Positions 49,701 to 58,691 of a stretch of 64,000 nt of DNA are shown here, piece by piece. The notes beneath the pieces were generated by a model, which saw only the letters and a list, made by a program, of their open reading frames with translations, had not been told where the DNA came from and ran no database searches. The stretch's first letter is position 1. Each line of letters opens with the position of its first letter. The position numbers were made by a program, and so were the translations under genes. Source of the DNA: Candidatus Sumerlaeaceae bacterium (GTDB lineage Bacteria > Sumerlaeota > Sumerlaeia > Sumerlaeales > Sumerlaeaceae); contig JBPCLP010000024.1 of NCBI GenBank assembly GCA_051003195.1, forward strand, positions 32,001 through 96,000, written 5' to 3'.

Positions 49701-50818
49701 TATAGATACAGGTCTTGCCCGCCACTCGTTTCATCACCACGTATTTTTAGAGCTTTAACCTCGCCCGACTTCGGGTTGTAGCTTCGCAGTGGCGGCAGGT
49801 CGGCGGACGCTGCGTAGTCGCCTGCCGGAACGTTACGTAGTTCATATCGGCCCGATGCGTCGCTCACTGCCGTAGCGCCAGCCCCAAGCAGCCTGAAGTC
49901 GTCTTTCCCTGTAAATTGAAGATAGGTGACGGTGGCTCCAGCGACAGGTTCAGCCGTCTCCTTCCGTACCACCCTACCACTCATGCTGGCGCCATTCACT
50001 GGTAGGACGATTCGAACACCAGTACCAGGCGCTTTTGCGGAGTGCGTTGCAAATCCGTGCCCGTCTGCCGACGCGACAAAAGCCAGCTCGGTTGCAGAAA
50101 AATCATCAATGCGAAAGTGTCCGTCTGCCGTAGTAGACGTAATCGCATTCTGATGCATAACGTCTCCCTGCTGTGGCCGCTTATCTGTAGTTGGCCGCGC
50201 CTTTACGATCGCGCCAGCTACAGGCTTTCCAGCGCCATCAATCACCATTCCCTCAACCGGCGCAGCCGGTTTGAGCTGGAAATCGCGGGACTCCTGCCGC
50301 GCGGCTGTCATCAGCGGAGAAACGCCACGATTTAAATCCATCGAAACAACCCCGAAGCCGCTTTTACGTGCCTCTAATACATAGATTCCCTGCTCCAGGC
50401 GGGCAATATTGTACTGACCCTGTTCGTCCGCGACTGTCTCGGCGAGCGCCGGCAGGTTCTCCAACGGGCGAAAGGCTGAGTAAGCTGAGAAAGCGCGAAG
50501 TGTGACAGTCGAGCCCGCGGCGGGAGAACTGTCCTCCAGCGTTACACGTCCCGTCACCGTCAGGTAGGGCGCTGAGTTGTTCTCAAGTCTTAACCCCGCA
50601 GTACGTGAGGTCGGCAGCGTCGTTGTCGCGTGTCTCGGGCGCCCCGCAATCGCGCCGACCTTGGTTTCTTTGGCAGTAGTGTCGTCGGTCCTGGTTGCGG
50701 GAGTTGCGTCCGATCCCGCACTGGGTCGGTTCTCACGGCAGCCCGGAAGAATCAGCATCACCAAAATCGCCACGGCTCCGAACCCAAAAGTTGCGACTCC
50801 ACTGCTTGTGGTTTTCAT
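46721..50818 (-). CDS. Large lipoprotein built from tandem carboxypeptidase-regulatory-like (transthyretin-like) domains
   Basis: Lipobox LPGC. More than ten repeats of G.V.....G.PV.GA.V......T..DG.F.L..L..G.Y. ATG at 50818 chosen as start. Confidence 0.88.
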   Translation of the reverse strand: MKTTSSGVATFGFGAVAILVMLILPGCRENRPSAGSDATPATRTDDTTAKETKVGAIAGRPRHATTTLPTSRTAGLRLENNSAPYLTVTGRVTLEDSSPAAGSTVTLRAFSAYSAFRPLENLPALAETVADEQGQYNIARLEQGIYVLEARKSGFGVVSMDLNRGVSPLMTAARQESRDFQLKPAAPVEGMVIDGAGKPVAGAIVKARPTTDKRPQQGDVMHQNAITSTTADGHFRIDDFSATELAFVASADGHGFATHSAKAPGTGVRIVLPVNGASMSGRVVRKETAEPVAGATVTYLQFTGKDDFRLLGAGATAVSDASGRYELRNVPAGDYAASADLPPLRSYNPKSGEVKALKIRGDETSGGQDLYLYSGYTLTGFLRDGKTFKPLAGAVVSSLVTNAPGKSSSIESDASGQFHLENLFPYGNDRAYLRASLAGYSVCDGEGYKATAQGSGVDNGLELMLPKEDFNLSRTIDMLPQVTLSGNVVTEDGMPVTNGTVAKAASRTQEKPIKQAVDSSGKFELLVSPLSSVALVAEAPDFPSVEAAFEIGDESVTGTKIVLKQGARIRGTVVTEEGTPVPNAVVEALQPRDDRTYNRELMAFNASGKSLAQAKGDLKGAFSIPIVRPGEMELVATAEGYLKSFPQRFRLAAAETTSGLRLMVENPRYVAGIVTNEAQQPLAGAAVRADARMGGSVEMFTTETDSAGRYRLEKLPRTLMSLSASHSTYKSESKDGIQLSNPDVNFTLGEQKTITFIGTVLERTTERPITDFEVKGPTVEKVAENPSQFRVLVKSGRELSNITIAAPGYVAVTERVNLNGKNPAEQTFHLAPASVVRGRVVDKETKQPLANVEVTLIGIQQNYAYYMGGQERQQPAQTTSASDGRFELPGAAAGNNTVSFKPSDPYSPLYLDVAVETGTPADMGDVGLDTGARILGRVVRMPGDKPVGGTRISLTGNRSGVSKTVVSGANGAFEFIKLPNDHYSLNAGRNANLSVILEASESKEVTIRLGSVTLKGQVLHSNVPVEASISLQQGSYAQRLNRNVSTDSDGRFELTSLSPGKWNISINSQTHGYKTDTVQLPDTGTVEKTFILASGKIVGIVLDPDGKPVAGAGVSAKVLRSQYAAWNDVLPGNYNSGRGVHTGIDGAFELPDMEPGKYTVVAEKKATGKAKAEGVEVPEEGSSEKVTLTLQPIETGTLVSTALNMTTGGPIKEAWCILWNGDEKLSTSDQRGDDGVMTIKDIPAATYRVQVSSFGFAVSERQVTIEAGKTVNIEDVLYEAGAVRLAVQDANGGPVANADCTLTPDDPKSIEQPRRGKTDGSGLWVIRGLYPGTYSATAMSSGKTPVKGNTSVVAHQPVDLVLKLE

Positions 50819-50982
50819 GCTCAGCGTCTCCAGGTAATACCAGTGAAAACGGCAGGCTGATAGGCGTGAAATCCGAAGTAAACAGTCTTTACTTACATGA
50901 GCTGTATTCGGTCCGCTTTTCTCCGCCACTGTATGTAGCCCAAGTCTGGACATTGTGGTTTTTGCCCTCCAAACTCGATCTC

Positions 50983-52428
50983 ATGAACAGTAAAATATGG
51001 TATTTCCGAGTTCGGAGATCGTCGCGCGAGGCTGGTCGCGAATGCGCAACGCTCCTGGTGCTTTTGCTCACGCTAATTCATCTGTCGGTGCCCGGCCTTA
51101 TCCATGCGACCACCGGCACACTTTCCGTTCGCGATTACGGCGCAGCGGGTGACGGAGTAAAAGACGATACCGTAGCTTTTCAGAGCGCGATGGATGATGC
51201 CCACACCGGTGGCGGAGGGATCGTGTCGGTTCCGGCAGGCAGATATCTTATCGCCACACACCTTCGGATCCCGGCGTCGGTCACCCTGGAAGGCGTCTGG
51301 CGTACTCCCCCTTCGGCGCGAAGATACCATGATCCACAAGATCCCGCGGGAGGACCCGAGCTGACTGGAAGCATCCTGCTTGCGGTTGAAGGCGCGGGCA
51401 ATCCCCAAGGCATCCCATTCATTACTCTGATCCAGAATTCGACGCTCAAGGGCATCACCATCTTCCATCCAAAGCAGACAAAGACAAACCCGCCTGTCGC
51501 TTACCCGTGGACCGTTGGACTGGAAGGCGGGGACAACTGTGGCATTGTCGATGTGTTGATGGTGAACCCGTACATGGCGGTGGATTTCGCGAGTAAACCC
51601 TCAGGTCGGCATTTCATCCGTAACCTCTACGCGCAGGCGATCTACCGTGGCTTGGCAGTCGACCGTTGCCTCGATATCGGGCGAATCGAGAACATCCACT
51701 TCTGGCCGTTCTGGACTGCCGGGGATGGCGAAAGCCCGGTTGGCAAATTCACGCTGGAGAAAGGCGAGGCATTCATCTTCGGCCGCACGGACTGGGAATA
51801 CGTTACCAACTGCTTCGCGATCAGCTACGCGGTTGGTATGCGTTTCGTCAAAGGCAGCGAGGCGGCGCCGATGGCAGGGCCCGGAAATGTTCTGCTGACC
51901 CAGAGCGGCGCTGATATGTGCCGCGTGGCCGTTCAGGTCGACGAGTGTCAGTCGCACGCGGGAATAAGTTTCTCAAACTCGCAAATCTATGGTGATGTGA
52001 TCGTGAACAAAACCAACGCGGGCATGGTGCGTTTCGATAGCTGTGGCCTGTTCGGCAGTATCCACGGCACCAACAATACTGCCCTGGCGCGTATTGAAGG
52101 ACGGGGGCGCGTGTCGTTCAGCAATTGTAGTTTGTACTGCATTGACCCGGCTAACAAGGGCAAGGTGTTGATCAATGCGCTGGGTGGGCGGCTGAGTATT
52201 AATGGATGTGTCTTCATCAACAGCACGGTCACGGTCGCCAATCCCATCCCCATCGTGCTCGAGCCCGACGTCATTTCGGCAGTCATCCTGGGTAATGAGT
52301 TCTATGGGAAGCACGAGATCGTAAACCGTGCGCGCGGTCGTGTGGAGATCGGAAACAACATTTTCGGAACCGACGAGGATCCATACCCCTCCAAACCCGG
52401 AAACTCCACAACTCGCACAGTTCCGTAG
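50983..52428 (+). CDS. Secreted right-handed beta-helix protein (pectate lyase 3 / GH28-related)
   Basis: SVRDYGAAGDGVKDDTVAFQSA...GGIVSVPAGRY and DIGRIENIHF. ATG at 50983 chosen as start. Confidence 0.85.
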   Translation: MNSKIWYFRVRRSSREAGRECATLLVLLLTLIHLSVPGLIHATTGTLSVRDYGAAGDGVKDDTVAFQSAMDDAHTGGGGIVSVPAGRYLIATHLRIPASVTLEGVWRTPPSARRYHDPQDPAGGPELTGSILLAVEGAGNPQGIPFITLIQNSTLKGITIFHPKQTKTNPPVAYPWTVGLEGGDNCGIVDVLMVNPYMAVDFASKPSGRHFIRNLYAQAIYRGLAVDRCLDIGRIENIHFWPFWTAGDGESPVGKFTLEKGEAFIFGRTDWEYVTNCFAISYAVGMRFVKGSEAAPMAGPGNVLLTQSGADMCRVAVQVDECQSHAGISFSNSQIYGDVIVNKTNAGMVRFDSCGLFGSIHGTNNTALARIEGRGRVSFSNCSLYCIDPANKGKVLINALGGRLSINGCVFINSTVTVANPIPIVLEPDVISAVILGNEFYGKHEIVNRARGRVEIGNNIFGTDEDPYPSKPGNSTTRTVP

Positions 52429-52569
52429 AGTAGAATAGAGACGCGAGCCCGCTGCTCCTTATTGTCGCCGTTGGTTTAAATGCCGTTTTGTCCTTGCATG
52501 GCTTCTGGTGTGTCCTGAAACTCAGCCCAAAAGACTACGCACTTACTAGAAGAAGGAATTCACTGCATT

Positions 52570-53766
52570 ATGGCACGTACCCCCGCCCCTATTAAACAGA
52601 TCGCGCCGCATGGCGGCAAGCTGATCGACCGCTGCCTGCAAGGAGCCGATCGCACTGCGGCGATAGAGAAAGCAAAAAGTTTAAAGAAGCTCGTCGTCGA
52701 CGATCGCACCGCGTCCGACATTGAAATCATCGGCGTCGGCGCCGTCAGCCCGCTCACTGGTTTCCAGAATCCCGACGACTATGATCAGGTCGTCAAAGAA
52801 ATGCACCTCACCACCGGCACGCCATGGACAATTCCCGTCACCCTGGGTGTTTCGAAAGACGAAGCAGCTGGTATCAAAGAGGGCGACCAGTTGGCGCTGG
52901 AGGACGGTGACAGCGGAACACTGCTGGCAATCCTGACGGTCGACAGCAAGTACTCGCCTGATAAGAAGCTGGAGGCGGCAAACGTCTACGGTACCGACGA
53001 CGAGAAGCACCCGGGCGTTGCTGCGGTTTACGGTAAAGGTGACGTATACCTGGGTGGCGACATCGACGTGATCAATTTGCCCCCGCACGATGATTTCCTG
53101 CAGTATCGCCTCACACCTGAGCAGAGCCGCGCGGCTTTTCTCGAACGCGGCTGGCGGCGTGTCGTTGCCTTCCAGACCCGCAACCCCATCCATCGCGCGC
53201 ATGAGTACATGCAGAAGGTTGCCATGGAAATAACGGATGGGCTCTTCCTGCATCCGCTCGTCGGAAACACAAAGGGCGACGACGTTCCAGCAGACGTGCG
53301 CATGCGAACCTATGAGACCATCGTCGAGAAATACTACCCGGCTAATCACACATTGATTGGCGTCAATCCCGCCGCCATGCGTTACGCCGGCCCACGCGAA
53401 GCCATCTTCCACGCGCTCATCCGCAAAAACTACGGCTGCACGCATTTCATCGTCGGGCGCGACCACGCCGGCGTTGGAAATTATTACGGCACATTCGACG
53501 CCCACTTCATTTTCGACGAGTTCCAGCCGGGTTCGCTCGATATCACGCCGCTCTTCTTCGACTACACGTTCTACTGCAAAGAGTGTGGCGGAATGGGCAG
53601 CACCAAGAGCTGCCCACACAGCAAGGACCACCACATCACGCTCAGCGGTACCAAGGTCCGCGAGATGCTCGGCAACGGCGAACTGCCTCCACCCGAGTTC
53701 ACGCGCCCGGAAGTCGCGCAGATCCTTATCGAAGCCTACGCAGAGCAGGCAGCGGCGGCGAAGTAG
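52570..53766 (+). CDS. sat: Sulfate adenylyltransferase (ATP sulfurylase)
   Basis: PHGGKL, AFQTRNPIHRAHE, MRYAGPREAIFHA, HFIVGRDHAGVG and SGTKVR. Confidence 0.97.
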   Translation: MARTPAPIKQIAPHGGKLIDRCLQGADRTAAIEKAKSLKKLVVDDRTASDIEIIGVGAVSPLTGFQNPDDYDQVVKEMHLTTGTPWTIPVTLGVSKDEAAGIKEGDQLALEDGDSGTLLAILTVDSKYSPDKKLEAANVYGTDDEKHPGVAAVYGKGDVYLGGDIDVINLPPHDDFLQYRLTPEQSRAAFLERGWRRVVAFQTRNPIHRAHEYMQKVAMEITDGLFLHPLVGNTKGDDVPADVRMRTYETIVEKYYPANHTLIGVNPAAMRYAGPREAIFHALIRKNYGCTHFIVGRDHAGVGNYYGTFDAHFIFDEFQPGSLDITPLFFDYTFYCKECGGMGSTKSCPHSKDHHITLSGTKVREMLGNGELPPPEFTRPEVAQILIEAYAEQAAAAK

Positions 53767-53792
53767 GTGTTTGGTGCTTGGTAGAAGTAATG

Positions 53793-53824
53793 GGGCCGGA
53801 CACTCGTGTCCGGCTCTTTTATTT
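53793..53824 (+). terminator. Rho-independent terminator after sat
   Basis: GCCGGACA-CTCG-TGTCCGGC hairpin followed by TCTTTTATTT. Confidence 0.8.
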
Positions 53825-54404
53825 ACGCAAACCCCTGCTCGGTCTGCGGCTCGGTAGGCAGCACACACAGCAACACGCGATCGTCTCCATCTACCTCTTT
53901 CAGCCGCACTTGAACGACGTGGGTGGCATCTGTATCCACCGTCTTGCCGACGTACTCGGCCTGGACGGGATACTCGCGCATTCCTCGGTCGACGATGACA
54001 AGCAGGCGGATGAGCTTGGGCCGCCCAAAGTCGACGATCTCATCCAGCGCCGCGCGCACGGTGCGTCCCGTGAACAGCACGTCGTCGCACAACACGATGA
54101 TCTTATCCGTTACGTCGAATCCAATTTCGGTGCTGCCGACAACGGCCTGCGCACCAAGCGTAGACAGATCGTCGCGGTATAGCGTAATATCGATCTCGCC
54201 GGTCGTCACGTTCTGGTTATGCGCAGATTTCATCTGCTCGGCCAAACGCTCCGCGATGTAGACCCCGCGTGTCTTGATACCAAGCAACACAAGGTCGGGG
54301 TTATTCGGAAAGTCGCGATGCAGATGCGCAGCAAGCACTGCGATGACGCGCTGCAGGTCGTCGGATTCCATCATCACGCGTTGGATTGGAAAGTTCTCAG
54401 CCAA
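53823..54404 (-). CDS. pyrR: PyrR bifunctional regulator / uracil phosphoribosyltransferase
   Basis: GIKTRG, DITLYRDDL, DDVLFTGRTVRAALD and VDRGMREYP. SD GAAGGAG upstream of the TTG. Confidence 0.93.
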   Translation of the reverse strand: MAENFPIQRVMMESDDLQRVIAVLAAHLHRDFPNNPDLVLLGIKTRGVYIAERLAEQMKSAHNQNVTTGEIDITLYRDDLSTLGAQAVVGSTEIGFDVTDKIIVLCDDVLFTGRTVRAALDEIVDFGRPKLIRLLVIVDRGMREYPVQAEYVGKTVDTDATHVVQVRLKEVDGDDRVLLCVLPTEPQTEQGFA

Positions 54405-54548
54405 GGTCGGGGTTCTCCTTCAAGTTGGGGCAGCACGTAAGTAAATGGTGCGTTCGGCAAGCGCAAAGCAAAACGGAGTGTCATGGTAATGGGACCCGGG
54501 CCGAAAAAAACACAAAAGGCGCAAAAACGGGTCGCCAGCCGGATCGCG

Positions 54549-55406
54549 TTACGACAGCAGCGGCGTCAGGTGCTTCACCGCAATTTCGAGGCCCTTCTCT
54601 TCCTCGTTGCCGCGATACACCGGATCGTGCCGGCCTTCTATGTCCAGGTTACTGGAGTAGCCAATGTCGTGCAGTGTCTCAATCACTCGAGCCCAGTCTA
54701 CCTGCCCAAGTCCCGGCATGCGGTGACGGGATATCCGCGGATCCTGCCAGCCGCACCGCTGCACCGTCTCAGGCATCAGCTCCGCGTCTTTTGCATGACA
54801 GTGGTAGATGCGTCGACCATACTGCCGAATGACGTGCAGGTAGTCGATTCCCTGCCCGATAAGGTGCGACGGGTCATACTCCAGCCCCAGCGCTTCGCTT
54901 GGGACAGCTTCGAACATCATATCCCACAACTCGGGGGTATAGGCGAAGTTGGTGCCCCTCAGGAACGAATCTGTGAACATCGGGCAATGTTCAATCACCA
55001 CCTTCAGTCCGCGCTCCTCCGCCTTGGCAATCAGTGGCACAAAAACCTTCCGGAACTCGGGAATGTTGTCAGCCGGCGCTTTGTCTGGATCGCGCCCTGC
55101 AAATGTTCCGATAATATTACAGCCCATTAACGGCGCAAAATCGAACAACTGCTCCAGGTGGCGAAGACTGCGTTCACGGGTACTCTTATCGGGCGTCAGG
55201 TTGTTCGTGTATGAACCGATCGCGCTCACCTCCACGCCGATCGCATCGAGGCGTTCGCGCGCACGCTTCCAATCGTCTGGCGTGGCGCCGATCGTCGGGC
55301 TGAGTGGATGGTCGGGGAAGCAGATGAGCTCGCAGCTCTGAAAGGCGAGCCGCTCAAGCATGGCCAGGTCGCCTTCGGTAAAGTTGATCAGCAATCCAAG
55401 TTTCAT
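54549..55406 (-). CDS. Sugar phosphate isomerase/epimerase (xylose isomerase-like TIM barrel)
   Basis: IEHCPM, GLEYDPSHL, HCHAKD, PGLGQVDW and DIEG. The ATG at 55406 overlaps the upstream stop. Confidence 0.9.
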   Translation of the reverse strand: MKLGLLINFTEGDLAMLERLAFQSCELICFPDHPLSPTIGATPDDWKRARERLDAIGVEVSAIGSYTNNLTPDKSTRERSLRHLEQLFDFAPLMGCNIIGTFAGRDPDKAPADNIPEFRKVFVPLIAKAEERGLKVVIEHCPMFTDSFLRGTNFAYTPELWDMMFEAVPSEALGLEYDPSHLIGQGIDYLHVIRQYGRRIYHCHAKDAELMPETVQRCGWQDPRISRHRMPGLGQVDWARVIETLHDIGYSSNLDIEGRHDPVYRGNEEEKGLEIAVKHLTPLLS

Positions 55407-56389
55407 GGGGTGGCCACCAGTTCCTTTTTCATGATCGCGAAGCGCCGCGTTAACTTGAATCCAAGCCGCCCATAAACCCCCCTCAGCGCGCGCTCGCCTG
55501 TCCATAGCACCCATGCGCTATGGCAGCCGCGCAGCCGCATCTGGTACATTGTACGCGCCAGCAGTACTGTGCCTATGCCACGGCCCTGGAATTCGTCATT
55601 CACTCCAAAGGGGCCAAAGTGCTCATGCTCGTGCTGGCAGAAGCCTATGATGCGATTGTGCTTTGAATCCACTGCCAGCCAGATGGCGTCCTCGTGGAAG
55701 CGGCCGTTTGCCAGCTCGAGCAAATTGCGACGTGCGTCTTCCACCCATGGACCCGGCATTAGCTCGCGATGGAACTGGATGTAGTCCACGAGGTCTCCAC
55801 GGCGATACGGCCGTATCTCGATGTGCTCGGCCGCAAGCCGCCGCTCTTTTTCGAGGATTTCATCAGAAAGTTCGAACGTGGAAACCAGCGCATCCGCAGC
55901 GATGCCTTCCGAGTACTCGAAAAATCCACGGTTCTGGAGAAACGTAATGCCGTCGCGGTAGCGGTCCTTATCCACTCCCGGCACAAAGTAGTTCGGCGTA
56001 TACGGGGCGAGCAAAACCTGAGTGCGATTGCGCCGAAGGAAGAACTCTTCGACCGCAAATAATAAGGTCGAACCTGCACCTCTTCCACGAAACTCCGGAG
56101 CTACGCCCAATGCCGTAACGAACCCTGTGTCCTCGCGATGCCCCACCTTTTCGACAGGCTTGTTAAGAACAAAGCAAACGGCAAAGCCGGCGATTGCCCC
56201 CTCACCCGATTGAACAAGCAGCAGGCTCTCGCGCTCATAGTTTGCGTCGAGCAGCACCTTGCGCTCCAGATCGGTGACCGTGATGCCGTCCAGCGGCAGC
56301 GCGCGATTCCAGCAGTCCAGTAACGCAGCAGTGTCCGTCCCCTGGAACACGCGAACGGACCAGTGTTCGGAAAGTTCGACAGTAGTCAC
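55403..56389 (-). CDS. Tandem-domain GNAT N-acetyltransferase
   Basis: Two acetyl-CoA motifs: VAPEFRGRGAG and VNDEFQGRGIG. Confidence 0.9.
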   Translation of the reverse strand: MTTVELSEHWSVRVFQGTDTAALLDCWNRALPLDGITVTDLERKVLLDANYERESLLLVQSGEGAIAGFAVCFVLNKPVEKVGHREDTGFVTALGVAPEFRGRGAGSTLLFAVEEFFLRRNRTQVLLAPYTPNYFVPGVDKDRYRDGITFLQNRGFFEYSEGIAADALVSTFELSDEILEKERRLAAEHIEIRPYRRGDLVDYIQFHRELMPGPWVEDARRNLLELANGRFHEDAIWLAVDSKHNRIIGFCQHEHEHFGPFGVNDEFQGRGIGTVLLARTMYQMRLRGCHSAWVLWTGERALRGVYGRLGFKLTRRFAIMKKELVATP

Positions 56390-56399
56390 CGCTTGCGGC

Positions 56400-57704
56400 T
56401 TAGAGCTCTGGCCGGGCAGTCGACTTGATGCTGCCGGTGTTCTGGTCGTACTCCCATTTGCCGCCGGAAGGCTCGGTCGTGTTGAAGTCGGTTAAAAACA
56501 CTTCCTTCAAATCGCGCGGATTTCTGCCCAGCTCATCCCGTCGAGTGGATATGGCATTTCGTATCGAGACTAACAGGTCCGCGGTAAACGCGTTCAGTTT
56601 TGGTTCCCTCGCGATTACATCTTCTGGTTTTTCCTTCGGGTTTCCCAGCAGTGCAAGGTTGAGGCTGTAGCTGGTGCCGTATGGTTCCTCTGGAACCCCA
56701 CTGCGCTTAACCAGCGCCTCCTTAAACACCACATCCTGCAACGGCAGGAGCGAGGCTGCCTTCAGGGTTTCCGTTGTGCGAACACTGGGTTTTTGAAGTT
56801 CGAACTGTGGCGGCAGTGCAGTGTCCCGCATCACCAGCAGGGGTATAATTCCGGGGCGCCCCTGGTCGCGAGCGTGCCGCTCCACGGCAGCAATAAGTTT
56901 ACTGATCATTCCGACTTCGTAGTTCTGCAATGCGGGCTGCTTTACGATTTCTGCGATGTTATTTGGCAAGCGGCCCGTCGTACTGGTGAACTGGTCAACC
57001 GCTTGCATCATGATGGACGCGTTCCACTTCTCCACCGTTTCCTTCAACTTGTTGACGGCGATATCCTGAATTGGCAGCTCCCGCGCATCGACTCCCTGGA
57101 GCAACTGTCCGACAAAACGGTCGAAACCAAGGTAGAACGCGCCCGCCTGCACATCAATGTACGCCACGATACGTCCGGCCCAGTCCGGCGCATCTTTCCG
57201 CTTGGAAGCCAGACGCCCATACCACCTCGCACTCTTCTCATCGTTCATTTCCCAGTGCGAGACGTACATGCCTTCGAACGGTATGCGATACTGGCGGTAC
57301 ACGTTGAAGGTGCCCTTGTGCAGAAGCTCGAGGCCCTCCTTCAGCTTGCCCCCTTCGTCGCCGATGACGAGATTTCCAAAAGTATACGCATCGGCGAAAT
57401 ACGGATCCAGTTCCGTAATGGTGTCGAACATGTTGTACATCGGACGCCAGTCGCGGTTGGTCATTCCGCGTCCGCCGAAAGACTGGATGCTGCGGAGCCA
57501 CAGGAAATCCGCGGCAACCAGGTCGTATCGAAGCGCGGCGATGCGCATTGCCGCGCCACTTCGCCCGGCCAACTGCCAGGTCTCATAAAACGGTGGGTTC
57601 GCCAGAACGGCTTTAATGCCCTTGTGCTGATAGAAAACCGAAGCTGAAAACGTACCGGCGAAGGCTAGCACAAGCAACACCGTGGACACGAACGAGCGTT
57701 TCAT
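56400..57704 (-). CDS. Membrane-anchored PilG/XapA-like (deltaproteobacterial type IV pilus accessory) protein
   Basis: N-terminal TM, ADFLWLRSIQ...TELDPYF..AY..G motif, pseudopilin-like GR.P..L.E segments. In an operon with ABC genes. Confidence 0.65.
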   Translation of the reverse strand: MKRSFVSTVLLVLAFAGTFSASVFYQHKGIKAVLANPPFYETWQLAGRSGAAMRIAALRYDLVAADFLWLRSIQSFGGRGMTNRDWRPMYNMFDTITELDPYFADAYTFGNLVIGDEGGKLKEGLELLHKGTFNVYRQYRIPFEGMYVSHWEMNDEKSARWYGRLASKRKDAPDWAGRIVAYIDVQAGAFYLGFDRFVGQLLQGVDARELPIQDIAVNKLKETVEKWNASIMMQAVDQFTSTTGRLPNNIAEIVKQPALQNYEVGMISKLIAAVERHARDQGRPGIIPLLVMRDTALPPQFELQKPSVRTTETLKAASLLPLQDVVFKEALVKRSGVPEEPYGTSYSLNLALLGNPKEKPEDVIAREPKLNAFTADLLVSIRNAISTRRDELGRNPRDLKEVFLTDFNTTEPSGGKWEYDQNTGSIKSTARPEL

Positions 57705-57712
57705 CTCACAGC

Positions 57713-58690
57713 CTACTTAAAGTTGCGGCGGCGGAATATAACGGACGCCAGGGCAAGCACGGCTGCGGTGTAGCAAATGCCGTAGATTACGGTCTGATAA
57801 TCCATCAGCGGCGGCCCGGTCATCGGTGCTTTGATGTCTGGCGCGCCGTACACCGCTTCGGCCCGGCGGTCGAAATACGCAAGATTCGGAACGATATGAA
57901 CCGAAATGATCGCGAACCAGTACTTAAACTTTTCCGGGCCCATCAAGTTCGCCACGCCGCCAGATTTCTGCGCAAGCTTGTCTGCATAGCGGACGATATC
58001 CTCGCACAAGCTGCCGATTACGAAAGTCAGCGACGTAAACACCGCGCTCAAAGTGGGCGTCGAAAACGTGGAGTAAAAAATCGCGAAGGCTGTGATGATG
58101 GAAAGCCCAAGTGCGCTCATCAAAATTACTTTGAGCAGGCCGGCAGTAATACCTGCGTGCGCGCCATAGCCAAACAGCGTGGCAGCTGCCTTGCCCACGC
58201 TCATGGCAAATGCCTTGAGGTAATAAACCGTGGGTGTCATGAGCTGCTCGTACTTGCCCGGCGAAATTTCGTGGTACATCGCCTTGGACATTACATCGTA
58301 CTGGGTCGCTTCCCGGTAGTACAAAACGGCAAAAAAGAAGAAGCTCATGATAACGACGTTTACGAAAATCGTGAACAGCAGTCCGAAGAACTTCCCGAGC
58401 AGGAACTGGGTTCGATCAATTGGCTTGCTCACGATGGTGTAAATGGTTTTGCGGTCCAGCTCATTGTAGACGAGGTACACGCCGACAAACACGGCGATAA
58501 GAAAACCGAAGAAATCAATCGAGGCGAGGCCAAGGTCCTTGATCAGCTTCTCGGGCGACGCGATGGATAGATCGCTGATAACTGCCGAAAAGCCCATGAT
58601 AAGCAGCGCGAAAATCAGCAGGAAGTATAAGACCTTGTTGCGAACCGCCTCCTTAAAAGTATTAAGCGCGATAGCGACAACTTTACCCAT
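57713..58690 (-). CDS. ABC transporter permease (PilI-like)
   Basis: [37 protein letters not shown] and C-terminal FRRRNFK. Confidence 0.88.
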   Translation of the reverse strand: MGKVVAIALNTFKEAVRNKVLYFLLIFALLIMGFSAVISDLSIASPEKLIKDLGLASIDFFGFLIAVFVGVYLVYNELDRKTIYTIVSKPIDRTQFLLGKFFGLLFTIFVNVVIMSFFFFAVLYYREATQYDVMSKAMYHEISPGKYEQLMTPTVYYLKAFAMSVGKAAATLFGYGAHAGITAGLLKVILMSALGLSIITAFAIFYSTFSTPTLSAVFTSLTFVIGSLCEDIVRYADKLAQKSGGVANLMGPEKFKYWFAIISVHIVPNLAYFDRRAEAVYGAPDIKAPMTGPPLMDYQTVIYGICYTAAVLALASVIFRRRNFK

Positions 58691-58691
58691 G

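Noticed and set aside
50695..50982. Apparent head-to-head overlap of the giant lipoprotein and beta-helix genes
   Set aside because: The overlap disappears when downstream ATGs (50818 and 50983) that give sensible signal peptides are used.
52681..53868. 395-aa minus-strand ORF
   Set aside because: Antisense shadow of sat caused by strong codon bias.
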